From Patescibacteria group bacterium (GTDB taxonomy: Bacteria; Patescibacteriota; Patescibacteriia; UBA10025; JAHIVO01): 64,000 bases of DNA. Position numbers and translations under genes: made by a program. How positions within the stretch are numbered: the first letter of the stretch is position 1; each line of letters opens with the position of its first letter. Positions 50,284 through 59,912 of the stretch are shown here, one piece after another. The notes below the pieces were generated by a model. It was not told the DNA's origin, made no database searches, and saw nothing but the letters and a program-made list of their open reading frames with translations. The stretch spans positions 685,942-749,941 of the forward strand of contig JBMOKY010000001.1 in the NCBI GenBank assembly GCA_049325535.1, written 5' to 3'.

Positions 50284-51331
50284 TCAACTGCGCATCGAAA
50301 AATTCCCGGCTCTGCTCCATAAAATCACTCCACCGTGGTCCAAATTCATGCGCCTCACCATCAAAGACCGTCAGATCAGCCGCAACTGCCGCTGCCTGCA
50401 ATTTCGCAACCATGTCATACGACCAACCAATCGGGACGCTGTCATCACGCGTCCCGTGAAAAATCAGCACCGGCGCGGTAATGCGATCATAATATGTTTC
50501 GGAGGAAATGCCATCCCAAAATTCCGGCGACTCTTCCGGTGATCCATACGTTTCAGTAATTTCGTTGACATCCGGCGACTCGCGGGAAATCCACCGTTCA
50601 TAGCTCTGGCGCATGTCGCCTGACACAGGCGCGTACAATACCGCCGCATCAACCAGACCCGGCTGGGCAACCAACGAACCCAACGTCACGCCGCCACCCA
50701 TCGAGTGCCCCAGCATGCCGATCCGCTCTGAATCAATAGAATCCAATCCTGAATTTTTCAAGGCATACACAGCGTTCATCGCATCCTCAGTATAGGCCAA
50801 TCTGACGGCCAGCGTGTCTCGATCATCCGTGTCCGACTGGGCGTGATTGCGGTAATCGGTGTGCAATACCACATAGCCATGACGCGCAAAATAATCCTGC
50901 TCCCGACGCAGGCCGCGGCCATTCGTGTAGACACTGGTGTCAATATATCCATGATTGAGTACCAATGCGGGAAACGGTCCGTCACCCTTTGGCACATTCA
51001 TGATGCCGGAAATTGTCAGTCCCCCGCTAGTGTACGTTATAGAGTACCGTGTGTAATTGGCATTGTCATCCAATACATCTCCCAGCCGTAGCTCTGCTCC
51101 ATCATATTCCTTTTCAAAGAAAGCCGAATATGAAACAGGGTGCGGTTCCCCATCTGATTCATCCGAGAGTGCAACGTCACCCAGCACTGCCGGCGTCGGA
51201 TCAGAAGCCCTGGATGGCGTATCTTGTGCCACCGGCTGTGGCTCCGCCCGATCCATGGACATAAGGATAGAGACCGTCCCAACCAAGAGGGCACAACCGA
51301 TGAGATACATGGATATTTTTCGCATAGGCAT
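50279..51331 (-). CDS. secreted alpha/beta-hydrolase (S9/esterase-like)
   Basis: N-terminal signal/TM segment and the GHSMGG nucleophile elbow. Confidence 0.7.
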   Translation of the reverse strand: MPMRKISMYLIGCALLVGTVSILMSMDRAEPQPVAQDTPSRASDPTPAVLGDVALSDESDGEPHPVSYSAFFEKEYDGAELRLGDVLDDNANYTRYSITYTSGGLTISGIMNVPKGDGPFPALVLNHGYIDTSVYTNGRGLRREQDYFARHGYVVLHTDYRNHAQSDTDDRDTLAVRLAYTEDAMNAVYALKNSGLDSIDSERIGMLGHSMGGGVTLGSLVAQPGLVDAAVLYAPVSGDMRQSYERWISRESPDVNEITETYGSPEESPEFWDGISSETYYDRITAPVLIFHGTRDDSVPIGWSYDMVAKLQAAAVAADLTVFDGEAHEFGPRWSDFMEQSREFFDAQLK

Positions 51332-51460
51332 GGTACGACTGCTGACACATCCTTTACCATATCGAAAAAACTACCCATCGGCAAAACGGGCATTCTACTC
51401 GAGATACGTCAGCAGTCCAATCGGTCACGTCTGCCCGATCAATCGCCGATCAAAAAAATA

Positions 51461-52063
51461 CTACTTTTTCTTGGCTGCTTTTTTCTTAGCTGCCTTTTTC
51501 GGCTGTTTTTTCGGTTTGGGGATTTCAGCTTTTGCAGCTTTAATGACGTGGATTTTTGGTACAGCAGACGGAACCAGTGCGCTGATCAGTGTATCCATTT
51601 TCGCGCTCAGCGCGCGCAGTTCGGTCAGCACCGTTTGGTCACTGCCGCGGTCAGACCGAATTTGACTGTCACGTCGGACCGTGCCAGTACCCCTGCCCAT
51701 GCCAGCAAAACACTCTTTGCAATACACCGGTTTTTCACCAGTCGGTCGAAACGGCACTTCACACGACGTACCGCAATTATCACATGTAGCGCTGAACATG
51801 CGCCGCTCTGCAAAACGCGACTGATCCGAAGTCCCACCTGAACGCCGGTCGTCCCGCTGGTTATGTTTGCCGAAGCAATTGCTGCAATAAATCGGCCGAT
51901 CACCGCGTGGTTTAAACGGCACCGAGCAGACGTCACCGCAATCGGCGCAGGTCGTTTGGAACATTTGTTTGGATCCGCCATCACGGTCATCAAACCGGCG
52001 TTTGCCGGACATACGGCCAAAACTGCGGCCACCCGGCCGATTACCTCGTTCTCTCGTTTGCAT
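51461..52063 (-). CDS. RGG-rich / double zinc-ribbon / Lys-rich-tail protein (putative nucleic-acid-binding)
   Basis: Two copies of C.(D/N)CG..C.VPF(K/R)P.G.(R/K)P(I/V)YC..CF, an N-terminal RGG/RG-rich region and a C-terminal KKAAKKKAAKKK tail. It lies 74 nt downstream of the DEAD-box helicase. Confidence 0.55.
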   Translation of the reverse strand: MQTRERGNRPGGRSFGRMSGKRRFDDRDGGSKQMFQTTCADCGDVCSVPFKPRGDRPIYCSNCFGKHNQRDDRRSGGTSDQSRFAERRMFSATCDNCGTSCEVPFRPTGEKPVYCKECFAGMGRGTGTVRRDSQIRSDRGSDQTVLTELRALSAKMDTLISALVPSAVPKIHVIKAAKAEIPKPKKQPKKAAKKKAAKKK

Positions 52064-52137
52064 AGTATATATAATGAATAATTTAACTGGTGCCTGCAGT
52101 GTAAGCCGAAATTGCCATCATGGCAATGGTATGCCGT

Positions 52138-53358
52138 CTAGTACCGGCGGCGGCGTTGCTGGGAAAACGGCCGGCGCTGACGCCGACGGTTGCCGAAAAA
52201 CTGTCCCCGGCGCGGGCTGGCAGGAGAGTGGCTCGATGACGACACGCTATCCCGACCTACGACCAGCTGAGTGTGGATCAGGCGTTCGATATCCTGGACA
52301 TCCCGCCGCTGGTCTGGGGTGGCAAATGAAATTGCCTTCCCCCTGCGCCCGGCGCGGGCAGTACGTCCGATTCGATGTACATAGTCCTCGGGGGTACCGG
52401 GCAAATCAAAATTGATCACCAGCTCAATGTTACTGATGTCAATCCCCCGCGCTGCGATGTCGGTAGCCACAAGTATGCGGAACGTGCCGTTTTTAAATCC
52501 TTCGATAGCCGCCCGACGCTGCGCCAAACTGCGATTAGAGTGGATTTCCGCCGCAGCGTGGCCTAATTCACGGATGATTATCGCCAATTTCTTTGCGCCC
52601 CATTTAGTGCGGGAAAAAACCAGAATGGAACCCGTATGCCGTTCCAGCAGTTTTGCCAGCATATCCCGTTTGTCCGGCGCGCCCAAAAAAATTACTTCCT
52701 GGTCGATTTCCTTGACCGTGGTGCCGGGCTGGGCGATTTCTACCCGGAGTGGCAAATCCATATGGCGATTGGCAATGGCAACGATGGACTGCGGCATGGT
52801 AGCGGAAAAAAGCATGGTCTGCCGGTCATGCGGTACCATGGCGATAATTTTTTCGATCTGCGGAGCAAATCCCATGTCCAGCATCCGATCGGCTTCATCC
52901 AGCACCACGATGCCGATACTGGTGAGCAGCGATGGTTTTGTCGACAGATGGTCTATCAGACGCCCCGGCGTGGCGATGATGATGTGTGGTTTTGCCATGA
53001 ATGCACGCACCTGCGGAAACATGGAAGTACCACCCACGATGACGGCAGTTCTCAGACCGAGTGACTTGCCAAACTGCTGGAGCACCTCATCTACCTGGCT
53101 GGCTAATTCACGGGTCGGTACCAAGATCAATCCGCGGGTTTTCTGTCGGGCAATATTTTGGATCATAGGCAGACCAAACGCCAGCGTCTTGCCGGTGCCC
53201 GTCTGAGCGATGCCGATCAGATCCTTCCCCTCGATTGCCAAGGGAATGGTTTTTTCCTGGATCGGCGTCGGTGTGCGGAACCCGTGGCGATCCAGCATCC
53301 CGAGCAATGTAGGGGCCAATCCCAGACCATAAAATTGTGATTCGGTTTTTGATGACAT
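52138..53358 (-). CDS. DEAD-box ATP-dependent RNA helicase
   Basis: Q motif, AQTGTGKT, DEAD, SAT and HRIGRTAR motifs. It has a short Arg-rich C-terminus. Confidence 0.9.
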   Translation of the reverse strand: MSSKTESQFYGLGLAPTLLGMLDRHGFRTPTPIQEKTIPLAIEGKDLIGIAQTGTGKTLAFGLPMIQNIARQKTRGLILVPTRELASQVDEVLQQFGKSLGLRTAVIVGGTSMFPQVRAFMAKPHIIIATPGRLIDHLSTKPSLLTSIGIVVLDEADRMLDMGFAPQIEKIIAMVPHDRQTMLFSATMPQSIVAIANRHMDLPLRVEIAQPGTTVKEIDQEVIFLGAPDKRDMLAKLLERHTGSILVFSRTKWGAKKLAIIIRELGHAAAEIHSNRSLAQRRAAIEGFKNGTFRILVATDIAARGIDISNIELVINFDLPGTPEDYVHRIGRTARAGRRGKAISFATPDQRRDVQDIERLIHTQLVVGRDSVSSSSHSPASPRRGQFFGNRRRQRRPFSQQRRRRY

Positions 53359-53600
53359 AGACTTTTACGATACGGTCAATAAGCGAGCACCATGCGGTGC
53401 TCATCTACATTTCACGCACAATGCTCTGTACCGCTCTACCCTAGCACGGATGGGTAAAAATAGCTACTGGCAATTACCAGCTGAAAACGCTCCGATCCAA
53501 ACGGGTAACTCTTGACAATACAGGATACCATTGATACCGTTATCGGAATAACAAAAACCAACAGTGCTACCTGACAACCCTTTTATGCGCAGGAGGATAT

Positions 53601-55034
53601 ATGCGCTTCCTATGCTTTCTCTTGGTGCTCGCGCTGACGATGCTGACGGTATCCGGATGTGGTTCAGGCGACTCCCCGACTGCTCCGGGTGACTCGACAA
53701 ACCCCACGGTTGTGGGTATTTCACCGGACAACAACGCCGTGCGTGTACCGACACACACGACGGTCACCATCACTTTTTCCGAAGCGATGGAGACAGCGTC
53801 AATCACACCGCAGGCCATCACGTTCAGTCATGGAGTGGTATTTACGATCAGTGTCGCCAGCGATGGAAAGTCGGTCACGCTGACGCCGAAGGATCCGCTT
53901 GATTTTTCAACCACGTACACGATTACGCTCTCGACGGGAGTGCGTGATCGAGGCGGGAATCCGCTCACCGGCCAAACAAGTTTTGCCTTTACTACGCAGG
54001 CAAACACGTGGCTGAAAACCTACGACGTTGGAAATTCCATAGGCGGTACCGCAATCCAAGCTGGCAATGGCCGGATAATCGTAGCGTGCGGTCGTGTAGC
54101 CATGCTCGATTCACTGGGAAACCAGATATGGGAGCGGACTGACCTGTCCGCAGTCGACATCGTCAGATCGTCAACCGGTTCAGGCTATGTCGCCCTGATC
54201 AATCCGAATTCACCGATGGATTTCGGATTACCGTCCGAGCTGGTCGGTCTGGATGAAGCGGGAACCATCACCTGGCGTACCGTCATTTCCAACCCGGCCA
54301 CGTCGCAGCCACTCACTCTTGCTGGCGATAATGGATACTTCGTATTGTTCACCTCGAATGATTGCGGCTGCTCCTGGATCCAAAAATATGGCGTCGGTGG
54401 GCAGCTGCTGTGGCAACAGCAGTATGTGGGATACGAGAAATTCTACGGCCAATCAGTCGAGGTAATCAGCGGCGGCGATCTGCTTATCGGCGGTGTTACC
54501 ACGATCCAATCATACGGTACCGCCAAATATGCGGCGCAGCTGGAACCGACCACCGGATCAATCCTCTGGGATATGGACTATACGTCGTACACGGCGCTCT
54601 CTGTCTACCAGGTCTGTACTGATCTCAGCGGGGCAATTCTCCTGGTTGGCGTTGAAGTGCCGAGTGTCGGTTCCCCTCGGGCGAATTTTGAACGTCGCGA
54701 CCGGGCCGACCCTACTCGCATGTTCAATAAGGTGTACACATTCAGTGGCGGAAGTCTGGCGACCGATGTGCTTCAGACGGCCGATGCAGGGTATATCCTA
54801 TTGGGTGACGCCAGCATCGGCACAAATCGTCGCCTGTTCCTCCTCAAAACGGACGCGGCGGGGAATGAACAGTGGCGGAAGATCATCGATGGCGACGGCA
54901 TGCCACAGCATGTCCGAGCTCATTCCATGCTGAAAACCTCGGATGGTGGGTTTATAGTAATCGGAACCCACGAGATAAACTCAACCAGCATCGGACTGAG
55001 TATCATAAAAACCGATGAGCAGGGTTACTACTAG
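53601..55034 (+). CDS. lipoprotein with N-terminal Ig-like (SbsA/Big_5-type) domain and beta-propeller-like repeats
   Basis: Lipobox LTVSGC. The stretch ...TVTITFSEAM...TYTITLS... is Ig-like. The C-terminal half has repeated W/Y-G-G motifs. A terminator lies downstream at about 55058..55095. Confidence 0.62.
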   Translation: MRFLCFLLVLALTMLTVSGCGSGDSPTAPGDSTNPTVVGISPDNNAVRVPTHTTVTITFSEAMETASITPQAITFSHGVVFTISVASDGKSVTLTPKDPLDFSTTYTITLSTGVRDRGGNPLTGQTSFAFTTQANTWLKTYDVGNSIGGTAIQAGNGRIIVACGRVAMLDSLGNQIWERTDLSAVDIVRSSTGSGYVALINPNSPMDFGLPSELVGLDEAGTITWRTVISNPATSQPLTLAGDNGYFVLFTSNDCGCSWIQKYGVGGQLLWQQQYVGYEKFYGQSVEVISGGDLLIGGVTTIQSYGTAKYAAQLEPTTGSILWDMDYTSYTALSVYQVCTDLSGAILLVGVEVPSVGSPRANFERRDRADPTRMFNKVYTFSGGSLATDVLQTADAGYILLGDASIGTNRRLFLLKTDAAGNEQWRKIIDGDGMPQHVRAHSMLKTSDGGFIVIGTHEINSTSIGLSIIKTDEQGYY

Positions 55035-55241
55035 ATTCTTTGAGGCAACATCGCACCATGGAGCGGGTCAGACGACTCGCTCCTTTTTATACTCTATCGG
55101 TAACTCCGATACATCACCTCGCCATCCGACTATGCTATTATGCCAGGGTATCGATGAGTCATGATGCAATATACTTTATATAAAAAGCGGGGTTTGCGCA
55201 CACTGCACAAACCCCACACTGCTCATCGAACCGCCTGGAGA

Positions 55242-56717
55242 TCAGGCGAGCGATTTGAGCAATGACTGGAGGAAAAGATAGCACTCCTCGACACTGGCAA
55301 GACTCACCCGCTCCTCGGCGCTATGGGCGCCGCGGATATCCGGCCCGAGCGACACCATCTCGATGTCCGGGTATTTGCCTTTCAGCAAACCGCATTCCAG
55401 GCCGGCATGAATCGCCGTCACCAGGAGCGGATCGGCACGCTGCTGCTGCCAGACGCGTTGTACCGTCTGAACCAACGGAGCGTCCGGCTCCGGCTGCCAG
55501 CCCGGGTAGCCTTCACCATAGGTCACGGAGGAACGCACAGAATCATCTCCTTCGAAAAAGCCCCAGCACACGTCCTGGATCTGGACCTTCAGCTGTTCCA
55601 GTTCAGCGGCATCAGACGACCTGCCCATCAGCGTCAGCGAGAGTTTCTGCGTAGACACACCCAAGCGCGCCACGCCGAGATTGACCGACGTCTGCGGCAC
55701 GTCCAGGATGGGCGACATGGAGATGACACCATGCGGCAGTTCCTGGATCAATGCTAGGAGCTGTCGGGTGACAGCGCTGCTGGCGGCCTGCGGAACGGGG
55801 TCATCGGTTGCGACCAGCAAAAACTGCATCGCCGGCTCGTCGGCATCGTAGACGGTGGTGAGCGTACTGCTCACCGTGGAAAAGAGATCCTGCAGCCGAT
55901 CGACATTTCCGTTCGCCACGAAAATCGCGCGAGCTGATGCCGGGATGGCATTGCTACGGCTACCGCCGGATAGTTCCACCAGCTGAATCTGCTGATGAAA
56001 ATTCATTCCCGCGATCGCCTCAGCCAGTACCCGCACGGCATTCTGCCGACCTTTGTTGATCTCCAGTCCTGAGTGTCCGCCCTGGAGCCCAGAGACTCCC
56101 AGTATCCAGGTCTTGGCCGTATCGGCGACATGCTGATACTGGACCTCGACGTCCACCGTGATGCCGCATCCACCAGCACAACCGATGAAAAGCATCTTCC
56201 AGTCTTCAGAATCGAGGTTCAGAAGTACCTTCGACTCGAGTTTGAATTCCAGCGACGCGGCGCCATCCAGGCCGGTTTCTTCCTGGACAGTGAAGAGAAG
56301 TTCCAGCGGACCGTGTTCGCCCTCAGCGCCGATGGCCAACGCCAGGGCGACGCCGATACCGTTATCGGCACCGAGGGTGGTACCGATCGCCTTCAGCCAG
56401 CCGTCTTCCAGCCGGAGCTGAAGCGGAAACCGTTCATCGCCGTAGGCATTGCCCTGGTCATCCAGACACACCATGTCGAGGTGCGCCTGCAGACAGACTG
56501 AGGCTTTCGATTCATGGCCAGGCGTAGCCGGTACTACCACCAGCACGTTGCCGATGTCGTCGCGCCTGTATGTCCACCCGTGCTGACGGGCGAACTCCAT
56601 GATCCACTCCCCGATTCGCGCCTCCTCCTTGGACGCGCGGGGAATCTCGGTGATTGACCTGAAAATACGCAAGACCGGATGATCCTGCAGCTGCTCCAGA
56701 GTTTTGACTGCGTTCAC
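55242..56717 (-). CDS. pepD: aminoacyl-histidine dipeptidase (M20C, PepD-like)
   Basis: HLDMV, GADNGIGVA and GEGY metal-binding blocks typical of PepD. 491 aa. Confidence 0.78.
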   Translation of the reverse strand: MNAVKTLEQLQDHPVLRIFRSITEIPRASKEEARIGEWIMEFARQHGWTYRRDDIGNVLVVVPATPGHESKASVCLQAHLDMVCLDDQGNAYGDERFPLQLRLEDGWLKAIGTTLGADNGIGVALALAIGAEGEHGPLELLFTVQEETGLDGAASLEFKLESKVLLNLDSEDWKMLFIGCAGGCGITVDVEVQYQHVADTAKTWILGVSGLQGGHSGLEINKGRQNAVRVLAEAIAGMNFHQQIQLVELSGGSRSNAIPASARAIFVANGNVDRLQDLFSTVSSTLTTVYDADEPAMQFLLVATDDPVPQAASSAVTRQLLALIQELPHGVISMSPILDVPQTSVNLGVARLGVSTQKLSLTLMGRSSDAAELEQLKVQIQDVCWGFFEGDDSVRSSVTYGEGYPGWQPEPDAPLVQTVQRVWQQQRADPLLVTAIHAGLECGLLKGKYPDIEMVSLGPDIRGAHSAEERVSLASVEECYLFLQSLLKSLA

Positions 56718-56871
56718 GCATTACTCCTATTGTTTGAGGGTGAAATGATCTGTTTTAGGTTCCAGCCAGAGTACTGCTCTGACCGTGATTTGTCAAGTCC
56801 TACCGCATCCGTCTGCCAATCGACCAAATACAAAAAAATCCCGCTGCCACATACACCCAGGGGGCTTACGA

Positions 56872-57120
56872 TCAGTCTGCACTGCGGATCATTTTGATTT
56901 TATCTGCGCGCGTCATCTGTTTCACGCGCGCCTCAGCCCGTGACGCGGTCGAACGATTCCGATACGTCCGCTGATACACCAGCCGTACTGGTCGCCGGGC
57001 GCGGGTGTATTTCGCTCCACGATCAGTGGTATTATGCTCGACCAATCGCTTCTTCACATCGCGACAGATACCGGTATAGAAAGTCCGATCCGCGCATTTG
57101 ACGATGTAGAGGATATACAT
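56872..57120 (-). CDS. GIY-YIG nuclease superfamily protein (UPF0213/YhbQ-like), second copy
   Basis: MYILYIVKCADRTFYTGICRDVKKRLVEHN... Confidence 0.65.
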   Translation of the reverse strand: MYILYIVKCADRTFYTGICRDVKKRLVEHNTTDRGAKYTRARRPVRLVYQRTYRNRSTASRAEARVKQMTRADKIKMIRSAD

Positions 57121-57205
57121 ATTTCTGCAAGATTGACCCCCAGTCCGGACACCGTGGAGTTCAGGATGTACCGACCGACGAATATATCATACCGTCAGCT
57201 CTCTG

Positions 57206-57793
57206 CTACTCATTGACAAACGATGGGATGAGTTTAAATGCGTCCATGGTGTACGCGGCCGTCGTAAGTTCGTCCTTGGTAAAGACTAAGGTATTTTCTC
57301 CTTCACTCAGACCGGCATTGCCTATCATATACCATTTCCAGCCTTTAGTATCCTCGGACGTATGGGTGTACCGCAGCATAGCGCCGCTATTGATAGTCAC
57401 GGTCGCGCTGCGAGAACCATTGTCATGCATGGCATCATCACTCAGGCGGGCGTAGAGAATGTATTGGCCAGATTGAGGCACTGAAACGACATAGCGAGCG
57501 CTGTCTCCGCCATCTGCCAGATACGCCTCTCCTCCGCGTGCTGATTCACCGATATAGGAATATGAATACTCGCTTGATTTCTCCAGCGTGCCGGTTTCCG
57601 CTTCGACATAGACGCCGCCTTCCGGTACATCACTATTGTCAGCGGAAGCAGCGTTTGTATCTGCTACGCCGGAATTGGTCGAGGCGGTATTCAGATTTGA
57701 TGTCTGATTTGTAGATGTATCAGTATTGGTACAACCGGAAATAAGCAGTACCAGTAAGATGGCGCTGGAAATGAAAACAATGTTCCGCAACAT
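57206..57793 (-). CDS. lipoprotein with Ser/Thr/Asn-rich linker and CBM/galactose-binding-like beta-sandwich domain (hypothetical)
   Basis: Lipobox LISGC and a low-complexity linker. The domain has aromatic/Gly-rich beta-strand patterns. Confidence 0.5.
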   Translation of the reverse strand: MLRNIVFISSAILLVLLISGCTNTDTSTNQTSNLNTASTNSGVADTNAASADNSDVPEGGVYVEAETGTLEKSSEYSYSYIGESARGGEAYLADGGDSARYVVSVPQSGQYILYARLSDDAMHDNGSRSATVTINSGAMLRYTHTSEDTKGWKWYMIGNAGLSEGENTLVFTKDELTTAAYTMDAFKLIPSFVNE

Positions 57794-57972
57794 AGTGATG
57801 TATTGAATTATTAGTATACACTATAGTATACAGGTACCACTGGATGCCGACAAGCTATGAAAACCTGAATTGATTGACATGCGCCACCTGGATTGCTAAG
57901 ATAGCTGACTACCGTCAAAACATACATCTACATAGTTTCTTGGTAAACCTATAGCCCACGGAGGGTACTCGT

Positions 57973-58578
57973 ATGTTCCGTACTATCGTATTGGTCACGG
58001 TGGTCCTCATGACCGCCATACTGACATTCGGCTGCACCGACACGGAAAAGGAGCAGCTGAAGCAGGACGCTGCCAACCTGCGGATCTCGATCAGTGATCG
58101 GGATCAGACCATCCTGCAGATGTCGACCGAAGCGCTCAACAAGCGCGACAGCCTGAACAGCGTGCAGTCGGCCTATGCGGCAACTATCGACTCACTCAGT
58201 AAAAGCAGACAGCAGAACGCCGATCGGCTTGCGGAAAACCGGAAGCTGAAGGCGCACATCGCTGAACTGAATGCGGATGTGGAGCGATTGCAGCCGTTTG
58301 AAACTGCTTTTGCCGAATGCGACGCCGACCGGCGCCGGATTGGCCTTGCATTGGGCGAAGCCCAGTCTACTATTGACCTGCGCGACGAGCGTATCGCCGC
58401 TGACAGCGCGCTGCTGGACTCGGTCAAGCAATGCTACGATGTGCAGAAGCACAATGCCTCCCGCTCATGGTGGCAGCACACCTGGGGCAGCAACAAATGG
58501 AATATGCCGTTTGCTGAGCCGGAATTTCTGGTCACGCCCATCGTGGTCACAAACCCCGGCCGACAGTCGGCTCGCTAA
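57973..58578 (+). CDS. coiled-coil lipoprotein (hypothetical)
   Basis: Lipobox LTFGC and extended heptad repeats. A terminator lies downstream at about 58612..58650. Confidence 0.55.
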   Translation: MFRTIVLVTVVLMTAILTFGCTDTEKEQLKQDAANLRISISDRDQTILQMSTEALNKRDSLNSVQSAYAATIDSLSKSRQQNADRLAENRKLKAHIAELNADVERLQPFETAFAECDADRRRIGLALGEAQSTIDLRDERIAADSALLDSVKQCYDVQKHNASRSWWQHTWGSNKWNMPFAEPEFLVTPIVVTNPGRQSAR

Positions 58579-58646
58579 CTGTCCCATAGGGAAAAACTGG
58601 CGACAGCGTCAGTCAAACAGGGCGCCTACTACACGGCCCCTGTTTT

Positions 58647-59900
58647 TTATTCTGAAAATGGCCGAGTGACTTCCTGCGTCGTGATAGCACTCGGCTTATC
58701 GCTCAGTACCCGGCACCATCGATACACCTGTGCTAATAACCATTCAACAGTTCCGATATAGCTTGCTTTTTCCCAGAGCCACAGGAATATAGCCCACAGA
58801 CCGACCAGGCTTGCGGCGAACATGAGAGTCACCGGTATCGTATCACTCCAGCCAGGCCAGATTGCATTCCACACGTGCATATACAGCTCCCGCACGGGAG
58901 TCTCGAGAAAAAAAACTGTCAGCGGCACCCGTCCAAATCGCAGCAACGGATAGAGCCGACGATGAAATGGTGCTTGCCGTGCAGGGGCATCGAAAAGTCT
59001 CTGCAGACCAACCAATAATAGTATAAACAATCCAAGCAAAACAAACGTGATGGCATACCACGTCCAATCGATTGTCCGCTCGAGCATCGTATCAGGGAGT
59101 AAAAACATGGTCACCCCACCGACTATCAGCCATGCCAGCCCAATCAGTCCCACGGTACGACGCCGGATGCGCTGCCAGTCTTGCGCGACTGAAAAACCGA
59201 TGCTCGCACCAATCAGCCCAAACCCAAGGAATGGCAAAATGGGATTATTCTTATTAACCAATTGACTGACTGCCCAACCTAAAAAAGGATTACTCGAATC
59301 AATATAACTTTCGTACCAGGAAAAAAGTGGAATACGCACCGCCCCCGCAAACACCACCACCGTACCGATGATCATCAACCAGACGCTGAAATGTTGGATT
59401 CGCTCGAACTTCGGCTTCAATAACCATGTGAAAAAGCCAAAAAAGATGACGTTCCACGCCAGCATCACCAGAGCATCGACATAGACCAACCGTTCAAATG
59501 AAAATGGCGTCCAGCGCCCTTCGTGTAACAATCCGCCCAACAATGAATGCGTATATTGGTCGGCATCAAAATTAACCAGCGCCGGACCAAAAACCATAAA
59601 ATACACGACGGAAAGCACCAGCACAAGCAATCCTTTCACTATTAAATCACGAACCAATCTGCCGATCGGCTGATGCTCCTGCATACGACGGTATAATTGT
59701 ATGGCGTAGGCGCACGTCGATACCAAGGCAAAAAGCCCGGCCCACATGAGCAAAAACCCAATGATCGTGACTGTCACCGGCGGGTTATCCATATCCAGTG
59801 AAAAAAGCCCGCCGTATTGGTACAGGGCGGCATGGAGGAATACTACACCCACCAAACCGATGCCACGGATTACATCAAGGGACAAAAGACGAAAACGCAT
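58647..59900 (-). CDS. polytopic membrane protein, acyltransferase-3 / DUF1624-like
   Basis: N-terminal R..SLDVIRGIGLVGVVFLHA motif typical of the Acyl_transf_3 and DUF1624/DUF418 families. About 10 TM helices. Confidence 0.48.
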   Translation of the reverse strand: MRFRLLSLDVIRGIGLVGVVFLHAALYQYGGLFSLDMDNPPVTVTIIGFLLMWAGLFALVSTCAYAIQLYRRMQEHQPIGRLVRDLIVKGLLVLVLSVVYFMVFGPALVNFDADQYTHSLLGGLLHEGRWTPFSFERLVYVDALVMLAWNVIFFGFFTWLLKPKFERIQHFSVWLMIIGTVVVFAGAVRIPLFSWYESYIDSSNPFLGWAVSQLVNKNNPILPFLGFGLIGASIGFSVAQDWQRIRRRTVGLIGLAWLIVGGVTMFLLPDTMLERTIDWTWYAITFVLLGLFILLLVGLQRLFDAPARQAPFHRRLYPLLRFGRVPLTVFFLETPVRELYMHVWNAIWPGWSDTIPVTLMFAASLVGLWAIFLWLWEKASYIGTVEWLLAQVYRWCRVLSDKPSAITTQEVTRPFSE

Positions 59901-59912
59901 ATTATATAATTA

